Below are positions 1 through 11,275 of a DNA stretch of 64,000 bases, in pieces. A program made the position numbers and the translations under genes. Under the pieces are notes generated by a model. It saw only the letters and a list, made by a program, of their open reading frames with translations, did no database searches and had not been told where the DNA came from. This stretch comes from an uncultured Planctomycetota bacterium (GTDB lineage: Bacteria; Planctomycetota; Planctomycetia; Isosphaerales; Isosphaeraceae). Positions within the stretch are counted from its first letter, which is position 1, and the number at the start of each line of letters is the position of its first letter. Location of the stretch: contig CAWJTV010000016.1 of the NCBI GenBank assembly GCA_963845755.1, positions 23,060 to 87,059 on the forward strand. Direction: 5' to 3'.

Positions 1-49
1 GGCCCCGAAGGAATGTCCGACGCGGCAGGGCCTTCTTCGTGACGATCAT
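1..49 (-). CDS. 5' end of DUF1552-family protein (runs off window)
   Basis: ATG at 49 reads MIVTKKALPRRTFLRG (TAT-like RRxFL); ATGA overlap with stop of the DUF1592 gene, the usual partner order. Confidence 0.75.
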   Translation of the reverse strand, partial: MIVTKKALPRRTFLRG

Positions 50-2429
50 TCGGAAGTCCTCATCTGGAACGGGATGCTGGTGGCGATCCCCACGATCAGC
101 GACGAGAAACGATAATCCTTCGCGTGGGCGTGGTGTACGATTTGACGGATGGCCGGGGCATCGAAGGACTCGACGCCCCTCCCCAGGGCGAACGTGAGGA
201 GCTTTTCGGCCAGGGTGCGCGCGAACACCTCGGGGCGTTTCAGGAGGGCCCGTTCGAGGCCGGTCACGCCCACGAACCGGCTCTCATCGGGCAGGCCGCC
301 CGTCGCGTCGATGGGCCGGCCCTCCTCGATCGTGCGCCATCGGCCGACGGCGTCGAAGTTCTCCAGCGAAAAGCCGACGGGGTCCATCAGCTTGTGGCAG
401 CCCGCGCAGGCGACGTCCGCCCGATGCTGGGCCAGCCGCTCGCGGACCGAGAGCGACGACAACACCGTGTTGTCCTTGAGCGCCGGCACGGTCGCGGGGG
501 GAGGCGGAGGCGGCGTGCCGAGGATGTTCTCCAGGACCCACTTGCCGCGGATCACGGGCGACGTGCGGTTCGCATAGGAGGTCACCGTCAAGATGCTCCC
601 CTGGCGGAGCAGGCCGCCCCGCACGCCGTCGCTGCCGAGCTCCACGCGGCGAAAGTGGTTGCCGTAGACGTGCGGGATGCCGTAGTGCTTGGCCAGGCGT
701 TCGTTCAGATAAGTGTGGTCCGATTTTAACAGGTCGAGCACACTACGGTCCTCGCGCACGACGTTCTCGAACAGGAGCTCCGTCTCCTGGCGGAATGCCT
801 GACGCAGGTTGTCGTCGAAGTCGGGGAAGAGGCGCAAGTCGGGGGTGATCGACTCCAGATTGCGCAGGTGCAGCCACTGGTCCGCGAAGTTGCTCACCAG
901 GCTCCGGCGCGCGGGTCGGCCAGCATCCGCCGCACCTGCGCCTCGAGCACCTCGGGATTATCCAGTTCCGCGCGCTCTGCCAGGTCGAGCAGCTCGTCGT
1001 CCGGAATGCTGCTCCAGAGGAAGAACGACAGTCGGGAGGCGAGCTGGACATCGGGGACGCGGTAAGCCGAGTGCGGCGCCACGCCGGGCGGCTCCGACTC
1101 GATGCGAAAGAGGAACTGCGGGTTCACCAGCACGGCGCTCAGGGCCATCTCGATGCCCGCGTCGAAGTTTCCATCCGCGCGGGCGCTGCGGTACAGCTCC
1201 ATCGGCCTCCGGAGGTCCGCAACGGTGACCGGCCTCCGGTAGGCCCTCCGCGTGAGCGTGGCGAGGATCCGTCGGGCACACGCCTCGTCCTCGTTCGCAG
1301 CCTTCGGCTCGCAGACGAAGATCCGGCGTCGGCTGGGCGTGTCCCCGTGCCCTTCCGAAGCATAGGGCCCGGTGATCGAGACCTGATACAGCGCCGGCGT
1401 GAGGCGGGGGTGCCGGTGCGCGTTGTAGTGGGCCTGGTATGGCTGGCGCTTCGTCTCCAGCAGCGAGGAGGCATTCTTCAGGAACGTCACGCCGAGCTGG
1501 TGCGGGCCGGCCGTCAGCCGGAGGCGGGCTTTCAGGTGCGCGTCGGCGGTCTGATGGTCTCTCTCCGATCGGGGCGGATTCACCGCGAACGACGCCTTTT
1601 GCTCGCGGTCCAGCAGCACCACCACCTCATGCGGCTCGCGGAGGCCCTCGACGTGCTCGTTACGGTCGCGCGACAGGCGAAGCTGGACCTCGTACTCGCC
1701 GTCTCGAGGGAAGGTATAAGGGATGATCGCCCCGCCGCGAGTGCCGACCGGCAGGCCCTCGACGTGCTCCTCCTGGGTGAGGTCCGGACGGATGCGGATC
1801 GTGTCGCCGCCGGGGGAACGACCGGGATTCCCCACCGCCAGCCGGCTGATCTTCTGCGCCGCGGTGATGTAGCGGTCCAGGAGCGTCGGCGAGAGGTCGC
1901 CCACCGTCACATTGTCGAACCCGTGGCTCGACTCATCCTTCGGCAGCAGTGCCGTTGCGTCGATATCGAGCGCCAGGAGGTCGCGGATGGCGTTCTGGTA
2001 CTCGGTCCGGTTCAGCCGCCGGAACGTGTCGGTCCGGCCGGGATCGGGCCGCTCGGCGGCCGCGCGGTCGAGCGACCCCGCGAGCAAGGACACGAACGAG
2101 TCATACGTGCGCCGCGACGGTCGCACCTCCTCTCCCGGAGGCATCTGGCGTGCGACGAGCTTCCGCACGACTTTTTCCCAGTCGTCCGCGTTCCGGCTCA
2201 CGTCTTCCGAGCTGATCGCGTCGAGGGCCAAACCCGCCGTCTGGTCATCGCGGTTATGGCACGCCGTGCAGTACAGATCCACGAACTGACCGATCGCTTC
2301 GCGCTCGTTCGGGCTCCCCGGAGTGGACGGAGGAGCGTTTTTGTTCTGGGCGGCGCTCGAACTCATCAAGCCGCCGACCAGGAACAGAATCGACACCCCG
2401 CAGAGGCCGCGAGTTCCCCATCGATTCAT
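46..2429 (-). CDS. DUF1592/DUF1588/DUF1585/DUF1587/DUF1595 planctomycete cytochrome-c domain protein (frameshift near 897)
   Basis: Signal peptide, CTACH heme motif, RRLNRTEYQNAIRDLL, LASRLSFFLWSSIPDDELL, TSPVIRGKWVLENILG, CAGCH; split over ORFs 894..2615 and 46..897. Confidence 0.9.
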
Positions 2430-2693
2430 GAGGCCAAGCTCCGACATCGATGACCGATGAACGCAGTTAATGAGGATGGCGGTTACGTCGCGAACGAGCG
2501 ATGCCGGCCTGGGAAGGCGTGACGCGCCGGCAGGAGGTTTGGCGATTTCCGATTCCCGCGCCCCGCGATTCTCTACCCGACCCTCAAGGATACACGCTGA
2601 ACCGGGGAAAATCACGCCCTTGCCGGGATCGGAGAAGATGGTCTTGAGATCCAGGATCGTCCCGGGACGACAGCAGTGCGGTTCGAGAACGGG

Positions 2694-3629
2694 TCAGTCC
2701 ATGGCGACCAAAGCGCGCTCGGCCAGGATCACGGCGCCGCGGACGGGGTCGGGGACGAGCGTCAGGGACGGTCGGTAGCCCCGTTGATTCAAGGCATCGA
2801 CCATCGCCTGGCGCATGGCGGTTGCGGACAGGATGAAGCCGCCGGCGGCGGCCAGGGGGAGCGATCCGGACGACCAGCCGAGCATGCGGGCGACGGCGGC
2901 GACGGTCTCGGCGAGCGCGGCACCGGCGGGTGCCAGCAGCCGGGCCCCGTCCTCGGGCGATTCGGTACAGGCCGCGAGGACCTCGGGGGCCATCGCGGCG
3001 ATCCGGGCGCGGGTGAAATCCGGCGCGTAGACCGCGGTCACGATCTGAGACGACTGGACCACGCCGAGTGCCCGGCAGAGCCGAGCGGTGAGCGGGTCGG
3101 GGCCGGCCGGGCGAGGGTCGCGGCCGTCGTCACGACGGGCCACCAGGCGGAGGGCGTCCAGGACGAAAACATAGGCACTGCCTTCATCGCCGATAAGGTG
3201 CCCCCAGCCGCCGGCACGCGCGGTCCGACCATCGGGCGCGCGGCCCACGGCGATCGAGCCGGTGCCCGCGATCACCCCGATGCCCCAACCGTCCGGCGTG
3301 CCGGCCGCGACCACCAGGTCGCCGTCATTGACCAGCACCAGCCGGCGCGCCAGCCGTGACTCGTCGGCCCAGCCGGTGAGGATCTTGCGATCGTCGGGCC
3401 GGTCGAAGCCCGCCAGCCCGAGGCATGCCACATCGACCGGGGCCGGCTCGAGTCCGGCGTCTTCGAACGCGGCGCCGCGCGCCGCGTCGAGCGCCCGGCG
3501 CGCGGCCTCCAGGCCCACGGCCTTGGCGTTTGAAGGCCCCGACGTACCCCGGCCGAGGACCCGTAAACCCGGCTCGGCGAGCCAGGCCTCCGTCGCCGTA
3601 CCCCCACCATCGACTCCCAGAAACATCAT
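2694..3629 (-). CDS. BadF/BadG/BcrA/BcrD-family N-acetylglucosamine/N-acetylmuramate kinase (MurK-like)
   Basis: FLGVDGGGT, VNDGD, IAGTGSIA, AGGWGHLIGDEGS motifs; directly downstream of murQ. Confidence 0.85.
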   Translation of the reverse strand: MMFLGVDGGGTATEAWLAEPGLRVLGRGTSGPSNAKAVGLEAARRALDAARGAAFEDAGLEPAPVDVACLGLAGFDRPDDRKILTGWADESRLARRLVLVNDGDLVVAAGTPDGWGIGVIAGTGSIAVGRAPDGRTARAGGWGHLIGDEGSAYVFVLDALRLVARRDDGRDPRPAGPDPLTARLCRALGVVQSSQIVTAVYAPDFTRARIAAMAPEVLAACTESPEDGARLLAPAGAALAETVAAVARMLGWSSGSLPLAAAGGFILSATAMRQAMVDALNQRGYRPSLTLVPDPVRGAVILAERALVAMD

Positions 3630-3630
3630 A

Positions 3631-4541
3631 TCAATGACCAATGATTAAGGACTCGAGAACCAGGCGGACCTGTCCACCGTGGGCATCGAGAAGCGCCTGG
3701 GCCGCATCGGGCTCGACGTTTGCCAGCGCGACGACCAGGGCGCGTTTCAAGTGCCCCCCACACTGTGCCAGGATCTCGCGGGCTCGGTCGTCGTCGATCT
3801 CCGCCAGCTCGCGGAGCATGCGGCGGCTGCGGATCCGCAGCTTCTCGTTGGTCGGCCGAAGGTCCACCATCCGGTTGCCGAGCGTCTTGCCGATCCGCAC
3901 CATCGCCCCGGTCGAGATCATGTTCAGGACCATCTTCGTGGCGGTCCCGGCCTTCAAGCGGGTCGAGCCGGAGATGACCTCGGCACCGACAAGAGGAGCA
4001 ATCTCGAGATCCACCTCGCCGCCCAGCAAGCTGGGCCGGTTGCAGGCGATCCCGACCGTGGCCGCCCCACGCCGCCGCGCCTCCCGGACGCCGCCCAGGA
4101 CGTAAGGCGTCCGCCCGGAGGTGGCGATCCCGAAGACCAGGTCAATCGCGCCGACTTCCAGCGCGGCGACGTCGGCCGCACCGCGATCGGGGCTATCCTC
4201 CGCCCCTTCGACGGCCCGCGTCAGCGCCGTCGCCCCCCCCGCGATCAGTCCGACCACCATCTCGGGTGGCGTGCTGAAAGTCGGCGGGCACTCGGCGGCA
4301 TCGAGGACTCCAAGGCGCCGGACGTCCCCGCGCCGATGTAGATCAAACGGCCGCCGCGGCGAAACCGGTCCGCCGCCCACTCGATCGCCCGCGCGATCGA
4401 TTCGGACTCGGCCCCGACGGCCTCTACCACCTTGGCATCCTCGGCGTTCATCAGCCGGACGATCTCGAGCGGACTCAGCGCATCGATCGAAGCGGAGTGC
4501 GGGTTGCGCGCTTCGGTCAGCAGGTGATCTTCAAGGGGCAT
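3631..4541 (-). CDS. murQ: N-acetylmuramic acid 6-phosphate etherase (frameshift near 4315)
   Basis: [62 protein letters not shown]; ORFs 4245..4547 + 3631..4380. Confidence 0.93.
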
Positions 4542-4772
4542 GATCAATGTTGGCGATTTCCATGGTTGCCTCCTGACTCAACTAAGTCTAGTCTGTTTCG
4601 CCCAGAGCAACAATCCGGCTCAAGCCGCCTCACAACCGAGAATCCGGAGAATTGATCGGCTGGTCTGGTCGCAGGACCAGCCCAAACGCAAGGCCACGGC
4701 ACCCAACGACGGTGGGGCCCGCAATACATCGCGAAGCCCCACCCCGGCTGTAGAGGCTGATCCCGATGTCCG

Positions 4773-7700
4773 TCACTTTCTCGACGGACGTTCGGGGATG
4801 GAGACGGCGAGCATGACGAAGGCACTCAGGCGGGCCTCGGGAGACTCGATCGACGCAGCCAGATCCATGGCGACGGCGACGTTGCCGCGCCGGGCCAGAT
4901 TGCCGGCGATCTGCGAGAGGGCGGCATCGCGCCCCACGGGTGGCAGGGCCTTCGCCTTGCGGACGGCCGCTTCGACGTTGCCCATAGTCGTGAGAGAGTG
5001 CCGGAGCATCGACTCGCGATAGAACTGGACTTGCGCCCGGTCGAGCTCGAGGTCGAAATCGATGAACGTATCGCGACCGATGGACCTCAGGGTCATCACC
5101 TTGCCCGGTAACGGTGTCCCGGCTGCCTTCGATTCGAGGCAGGCCACCGCTTGGCTCAACAACTTCGCGGAGGCCGCCGCATGACCGGCATCCTCTTGCC
5201 AGTGCGCCAGGACCGACAGGGCTCGTGCCTTCTCGAGGCCCGGGTATTCGCGGATGGCATCGATGGTCCGCTGGGCTCCATCGGCATCACCGGCGCGGCC
5301 CTGGGCATCCGCGAGCATGGTCAACACCCGGGAGCGCCGCGGTTCGGGCTGGGTGAGAGCGAGGGGGATTGCCTCGGCGACGATCGACTTCGCGGCATCG
5401 CGACGGTTGCATTCGGCGTTCTTCTGGGCGATCACAATCAGGGCGACGAGCTTCTGGTCCTCGGCCGCGATGGCGCGGGCGAGGGACTCCGCCTCGCCGA
5501 TCGTGGCGACGGCGGCCGGCGGGTTGCCGGCCTCGGACTGCACACCGGCGATAAGGGCGAATGTGACAGGCTTGACGGCATCGTAGAAGCCGTCGCTCGG
5601 CCCGGGGAAATCCGACCGTTTCAACTCGGGGATCGACCGGGCCGTCGCCAGGGCGCCGGCGGAATCACCGGCGCGGGCCTGGAGATGAGCGACAATCGCC
5701 AGGGTCCGGGCCTGCATTTTCGCATCGCCCGACGCACGCACCGCGGAGACAACCTTCGGCAGGACGACACGAGCCGCAGCCGGGTCCTTGGGCCTCATCG
5801 ACGGCACGCCAATCTTGATCGCAATGCCGGCCGGGTCGAACAAGGGATTACCGTGGTCGTCGGTCGTGATCTGATCGAGGATCCGCTCGATGGCCGCCGG
5901 CTGCGCCCGCGGCGACAACTCCCGGACCACCGCGAACGCCTCATCAAGATCGCCGGCTTCGAAGAGTGATTGTGCGACAATCGGCAGGACGAAATCCCGG
6001 GCCTCCGGTTCGGCCAGCGCGCGTGCGGCCTGCCGCGCCCGCTTGATCAGGTCGCGGCCCCCTTCCGAGTCGCCGGCCTTGATGAGGTATCCGCCCAGGG
6101 CCCCGAAATACGCGGTCTTCGCGGGGCCCTTCGGTGACCCGACGTTGTCGATCAGTCGATGGATCAGAGCACGTGCTCGGACCAGATCACCCAGGGCGAT
6201 GTACTGATCGATCAGGTAGACCGCCGCTTCGCCGACGAACGCGGCTTCCTCGTCGTTCAACCGCCGGGGCCCTTCCTCTTTCTTGGCGAAGGCGTCATCC
6301 ATCTCCTTGCCCACCTGCTCGATCGCCCCGCGGACCGCGCCGTGATCGAGCATGTCGAGCTGACGGGTCGCCCGGTCGAGGACCGCGCGGGCGCCATCGA
6401 GGTCGCCCGCATCGCGTCGGATCTCGGCGGACTGGGCCAGGGCGGCGAATCGCGTCCACGTACGGAGGTCCGCTTTCGCCCCCGACTTCGGAAGAGCGGG
6501 TTCGGCCAGGCCGTCGAGCCGGCGGACCGTTGCAAGGGCCGCGGCGCGATCGCCGACCTTGAGCTGGGCCCGCGCGATCTCGATCAGGGCAAAGCCCTTC
6601 TCGTCGTAGAGGTGGCTCGCGTCCTTGGCATCCGCGACGCGATCCGGCAGCGCGAGGACGCGCTCCGCCAGCCGTTCCAGGGTTTGGCGGGCCGTGCCGT
6701 CCGGGGCGGGCTCCGGCGGCCTGGCGTGGGCCGCCAGCGTCATCGCCGTACCGGCGATCGCGGCGGCGAGCAGTCCGAGCCCTTCGGTCAGGGTCATCTT
6801 CATCGAACGATCCTCCATGTCCAGGATTCGACGGATCCGTGTCGTGAGCGGGCGCTCGGCCATCGCCAGCGCCATCGATGGCGTCCCGGGGCCTGCCCCG
6901 GCCAGGGCCGCGAGCATCCGGGCGTACGCCTGCGGTCGGCCTGTGTGCTCGACCACGAGCCGGTCGCAACACAATTCGCGCTCGAGGCTCACCCAGGCCG
7001 ACAGCCACCAGGTCACCGGGTGGAAGAAGAGCAGCGACTCCGCGAGCCGCTGCAAGAGCGTGATGAGGTTGTCGTGCCGCCGGATGTGGGCCAGCTCATG
7101 CAGCAGGGCCATCTCAACCTGCTCGATGGTCCAGCCGCTGAGTGCCGCCGCCGGCAGGAGGATCATCGGGCGCAAGACGCCGATCAGTACGGGCGCGGTG
7201 AGTCGGTCGCAGATGGCCACGCTCACGCGGTGGGCGACCCCGAGGGAATCCGCCAGGGCGCGACATTGCCGCGCGATTGTCTCGGCTTCCTGGGGCCGGC
7301 TCGACCGCCGCAGCCGTTCGACGCCGATCAACCCGGTCGCGACCAGGGCGAGCGTCGCCAGCGAGCCGGACAGCCAGACGCCGGGCAGGTAACCGACTAG
7401 CGGCTCGAACCGCGCGGAGAGCGGAATGCGTGCCGGCGCGTCGGGCAATCCGTCGACCGGCCCGTGCAGGTCGAGGGCTGGCAGCGAAGCCGTGACGACC
7501 GCCGCCGGTCCGTCCGGCGACGCGATGCGGCCGGCCTGCGCGCGGGCCAGGCCCGCTGCAATCTCGGGCTGGTAGAGCCATGCGAAGAGCAGGACGGGCG
7601 CGGCCGTCAGGCCCAGGAGACAGGCGACGGCCGTTCCATGGCGGACCTCCGGCCGCGCCGGGCGCAGGAGCCGCGCAAGAGCGCGGCGGCCAGCCCGGCG

Positions 7701-7783
7701 GCGGCGCCGATCCAGACGAGGTGCAGCATGGTCCAGCCGGCCGCGGTCCAGGCGGCGGAGATTGAGATAGAGTATGGGCTCAT
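4773..7783 (-). CDS. BlaR1/MecR1-like M56 metallopeptidase with long helical-repeat C-terminus (frameshift near 7680)
   Basis: Start ATG 7783 overlaps blaI stop and reads ...AGWTMLHLVWIG; LLHELAHIRRHD zinc motif, FFHPVTWW, ERELCCD; C-terminal AGDxxGA helical repeats. Confidence 0.88.
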
Positions 7784-8187
7784 CGCTTGCCCCCCTTCCC
7801 CACCGTCGGGTCGGAGTGCGCTTCGAGCAGGGCCCGGATCTCGGCGCGATCGCGGTCATCGAAGGCGCCCTCCTGGATCAGGTGGGCGACCAGGCGCCGG
7901 GCCGAGCCGTCGAAGACGTGCTGAACGAGCTTGCCGAGCAAGCCCGTGGCTGTGGACCCGCGGCTGGCCGCGGCCGACCAGAGATAACCGCGCGGGCCAT
8001 CCTCTCGTGCCGCGAGGCCCTTGGCCAGCATCGTCTTGAGCGTCGTGGCGATCGTTGTCAGCGCCACCTGGCGACGCTCCTGGATCACCGAGTGGATGTG
8101 CCCCAGTCCGGTAGGGCCTCGATCCCAGAGGACTCGCAGGATCTCCAGCTCGGCGTCGGTCGGCTGAGTGCTGGGCGGTCTGGCCAT
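7780..8187 (-). CDS. BlaI/MecI/CopY family repressor
   Basis: PTDAELEILRVLWDRGP...TTIATTLKTM...FDGSARRLVAHLI; coupled to M56 gene. Confidence 0.92.
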   Translation of the reverse strand: MARPPSTQPTDAELEILRVLWDRGPTGLGHIHSVIQERRQVALTTIATTLKTMLAKGLAAREDGPRGYLWSAAASRGSTATGLLGKLVQHVFDGSARRLVAHLIQEGAFDDRDRAEIRALLEAHSDPTVGKGGKR

Positions 8188-8420
8188 GGAAGCTCCTTCT
8201 TCCCGGGTTTCCTTAAGGTTTGGCAGATCGGATGCGGTTTCTACAGAAATCGAACCGATGAGTCAACAGCAGTCCCGCGCGGTCGCCAAGGAGGACGGAC
8301 GCCTGTGCCCGGACCCGGCCGGATGAAGGGACCGGGCTGTCGGTACTGGCAGTTCCGTTGTGGAAATTTTATCTTGAGATTGCAGCATCGGTCACAGTCG
8401 CTCGGGCGGTGAGAACCCTA

Positions 8421-8636
8421 ATGGACCCCAAGCCCAGGCCCAATCACCGGATCTACATCCAGATCCTCCGGTCAATGACCCCCGAACAGAAGCTCCTGAA
8501 AGTCTTCGAGCTTTCGGAATTCTCGAAGGCTCTCTTCACGGAGGGCCTGCGGCAGCGGTTCCCCGACGTCACGGAGGAGGAGTTTCGCCGAATCCTGTTC
8601 GATCGGCTCGAGAAATGTCACAACAGGAATTACTAA
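8421..8636 (+). CDS. Small helical protein, putative MenA1-like antitoxin
   Basis: 71 aa with RSMTPEQKLL...GLRQRFPDVTEEE; overlaps downstream nucleotidyltransferase, a layout recalled for mycobacterial MenA1-MenT1. Confidence 0.6.
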   Translation: MDPKPRPNHRIYIQILRSMTPEQKLLKVFELSEFSKALFTEGLRQRFPDVTEEEFRRILFDRLEKCHNRNY

Positions 8637-9332
8637 GACGGGTCGTCCAGACCCTCGAGGATCTGAATGTCGAGTACATGGTGACCGGATCGGTGACATC
8701 CGGCATCCAGGGAGAGCCGCGGTCGACCCACGACATCGATCTCGTCGTCGATCTGTCCGGAGAGGCGGCGGACCGATTGCTGGGGTCGTTCTCCCCGAGC
8801 GAGTTCTACATCTCCGACCAGGCGATCCGAGAAGCGTTATCCCGGCGGACCATGTTCAACCTAACGCGGCCTTCGGCCGCAACCCAATCGGGATTCCCGA
8901 TTCGCGATTCCGGACTCCCGAAGGGGAATGATCCGGGAATCCGGAATCGCGAATCCGGAATTCGGAATCCCCAGATGCGCGCAGGGCGCAGGGATCCTAC
9001 CGAGGAAGACTCTGATCGACCTGGCCAGCGGAGATAAGGTCAACTTCTGGATCCTGACCGACGAACCGTTCGACCGGTCGCGGTTCGCCCGCAGGCGGAT
9101 CGCGGATGTCTTGGGGCTGCGTTTCCCGGTTTCGGCCCACGAGGACACGATCCTCATGAAACTTCGATGGGCCGAGCTGTCGGGAGGGAGCCAGAAACAG
9201 TTCACCGACGCCTTGCGAGTCTACGAGGTGCAGCATGGCGTCCTCGACTTCGACTATCTGAACGAGTGGGCGAGTCGGCTCGGCGTCGAATCGCTCTGGC
9301 AACGGCTGCGTGACGAGGCAACACCCCTCTGA
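8615..9332 (+). pseudogene. Nucleotidyltransferase (MenT1/DUF6036-like toxin) interrupted by a 151-bp insertion
   Basis: YMVTGS...GEPRSTHDIDLVV NTase motif; C-half EDTILMKLRW...SQKQFTD...LDFDYLNEWA; removing 8861-9011 restores MFN-LIDLASGDKVNFW in one frame. Confidence 0.8.
8861..9011. mobile_element. Non-autonomous hairpin mini-element (MITE/REP-like) built from 7-mer repeats
   Basis: Precise interruption of the NTase ORF with CT at both junctions; terminal GCGGC-CTTCG-GCCGC hairpin then AACC; long stem 8890-8920 / 8934-8964 of GGATTCC/GGAATCC-type heptamers. Confidence 0.8.
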
Positions 9333-9343
9333 AAACCCGGGAG

Positions 9344-11181
9344 ATGATCCCCATGCGACGAGCTATCCGCATACTGATCGTGTTGCTCATGACCGGCGTG
9401 CCGGCCTTCGGCGACGAACCGACCCTCCAGGGCGAGTGGCGAACCAGCCTGGGCGTCGTGACGTTCAAGCCGGAGGGCGATGCGCTGGTCGCAACGTTCA
9501 CCAACCCCCAGATCTCGCCGGTCAAGTGCACCGTGAAGAGGAAGACGGCGCCGCCGAATAACGAGGAGGGCCCGAAGCCGGGCGAGGCGAAGCTGACGAT
9601 CGACGACTCCGGCCTCGCGTTCTCGGGCTCCTGCCAGTTCGCCAACGGCCGGCGAATCCCCTGGAGCGGCTGGCGCCCCGACCCCGACGCGACCAAGGCC
9701 GAGACCGGCCGGTTCGATGGGCTCTGGCTGACGACGATCGGCCTCATGGAGCTGGAGCAGACCGGCGACAAGGCCAAGGGAAACTACGCGGTGCGCGGCA
9801 CCTCGAAGATCGAGGGGACGATCACCGGCCGTCAGCTCGACTTCCGTTACCAGTGGTTCCGCCCCGGCAAGGGCTGGTTCGACCTGAGCAAGGACGGCAA
9901 GACGTTCGAAGGCGCCGCCGTCGGCGACGGGGCGGATCAGTGGTACGGGTGGAAAGGCCGGCGCGCCCGGAATATCTCCGGCACGTCCCGCTCGTGGCCG
10001 GCAAGATCGTCGACGGGTCCACCAAGAACCTCCTCACCTACAGCGTCCGCGCGCCCGAAGGCTACAAGGCGGCCGATTCCAAACGATGGCCGGCCATCGT
10101 CGTGCTGCACGGCTCGAACATGAACGGCACAGCCTACGTGAATACCCTGGCGCAAGCCTGGCCGGAGATCGCCCGCGATTACATCATCCTCGGTATCAAC
10201 GGCGAGATCGCCTCGGATATCGGCGAAGATCCCCGGTTCAACTTCAGCTATGTGAATTACGTCGGCCGCAGCACGTATCGGGGGTTCCCCGGCACCGATC
10301 GCGAGAGCCCCGCGCTGGTGGCCGAGGCCCTGACCGATCTGAAGCAGGCGTACCCGATCGCGCGCTACTTCGTCGGCGGCCATTCCCAGGGCGGCTTCCT
10401 CACCTACAGCATCCTCATGAATACCCCGGAACTGATCGCCGGCGCATTCCCGATCTCGTGCGGCGTGATCTTCCAGTGCGAGCCGTCGGCCTACAAGGAC
10501 GAGGCTCTGCTCAAGGCCCAGCGGTCCGTGCCGCTGGCGATCGTCCACGGCCAGAACGACCCCGTCGTCAATTTCGGCATGGGGAGCTACGCGGCCAACG
10601 CCTTCGGCGAATCCCGATGGCCCGCGTTCCACTTCTTCACCAGCGATACGGCGGGTCACATGTTTGCCCGTCTCCCCGTCGGCGAGGCCATCCGATGGCT
10701 CGAGTCGCTCTCCTCCGACGACCCCGAGGTCTTGCTGGGCTTCGCCGAGAAGCAGCTCGCGGCGGGCCGCTACCGCGACGCCGTCGCCGCGCTCCGCCGC
10801 GCGAAGACCCAGGCGCTGACCGACCCTCAAAAGCAGCGAGCCGACGACCTCGCCAAATCCATCGACGCCAAGGCCAGGGCCGGCGCCGACGAGTTCCTCC
10901 CCAAGATCCAGAAGAATGCGGACGGATCCTGGGTCAACGGTTTCCTGGCCTATCGCGACGAGTTCGAGTTCGCCGACGCGGCCCGCAAGGCCATGGATGC
11001 CTTCGAAGCCCTTCGCAAGCAGCATGAACCGCTCGCCGAGAAAGCCTTCGGCGAGGGCCTCACGGCGTTCCGCCAGGGCAAGCGCGACGAAGGGTTCGCC
11101 AGGTACCAGGAGATCGTGGACAAGGATTATGCCTCGGCGCGCTACCGCAACATCAAGGAGCAGTTGAAGTCGCGGAAGTAG
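9344..11181 (+). CDS. Secreted alpha/beta hydrolase (esterase) with two N-terminal beta-rich repeats and helical C-terminus (frameshift near 9965)
   Basis: Signal peptide; repeats GEWRTSLG / GLWLTTIG; IVVLHGS, GHSQGG nucleophile elbow, IVHGQNDPVV, AGH. Confidence 0.8.
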
Positions 11182-11275
11182 TCCAAATCCGTGCTGGACC
11201 CGGCCGACACTATCTGATAAAACGTACACGTTGCTGATGGTGTCGGCGTTGGGGCTACAGCGCGGAGGAATACCG

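Noticed and set aside
3631..4541. Programmed frameshifting or true pseudogene status for murQ and other split genes
   Set aside because: No slippery motifs at most breaks, and the indel load is window-wide, so sequencing error is more likely
4560..4770. Known riboswitch or glmS ribozyme upstream of murQ
   Set aside because: Hairpins are present but no recognisable conserved aptamer sequence; an Rfam/Infernal scan would be needed
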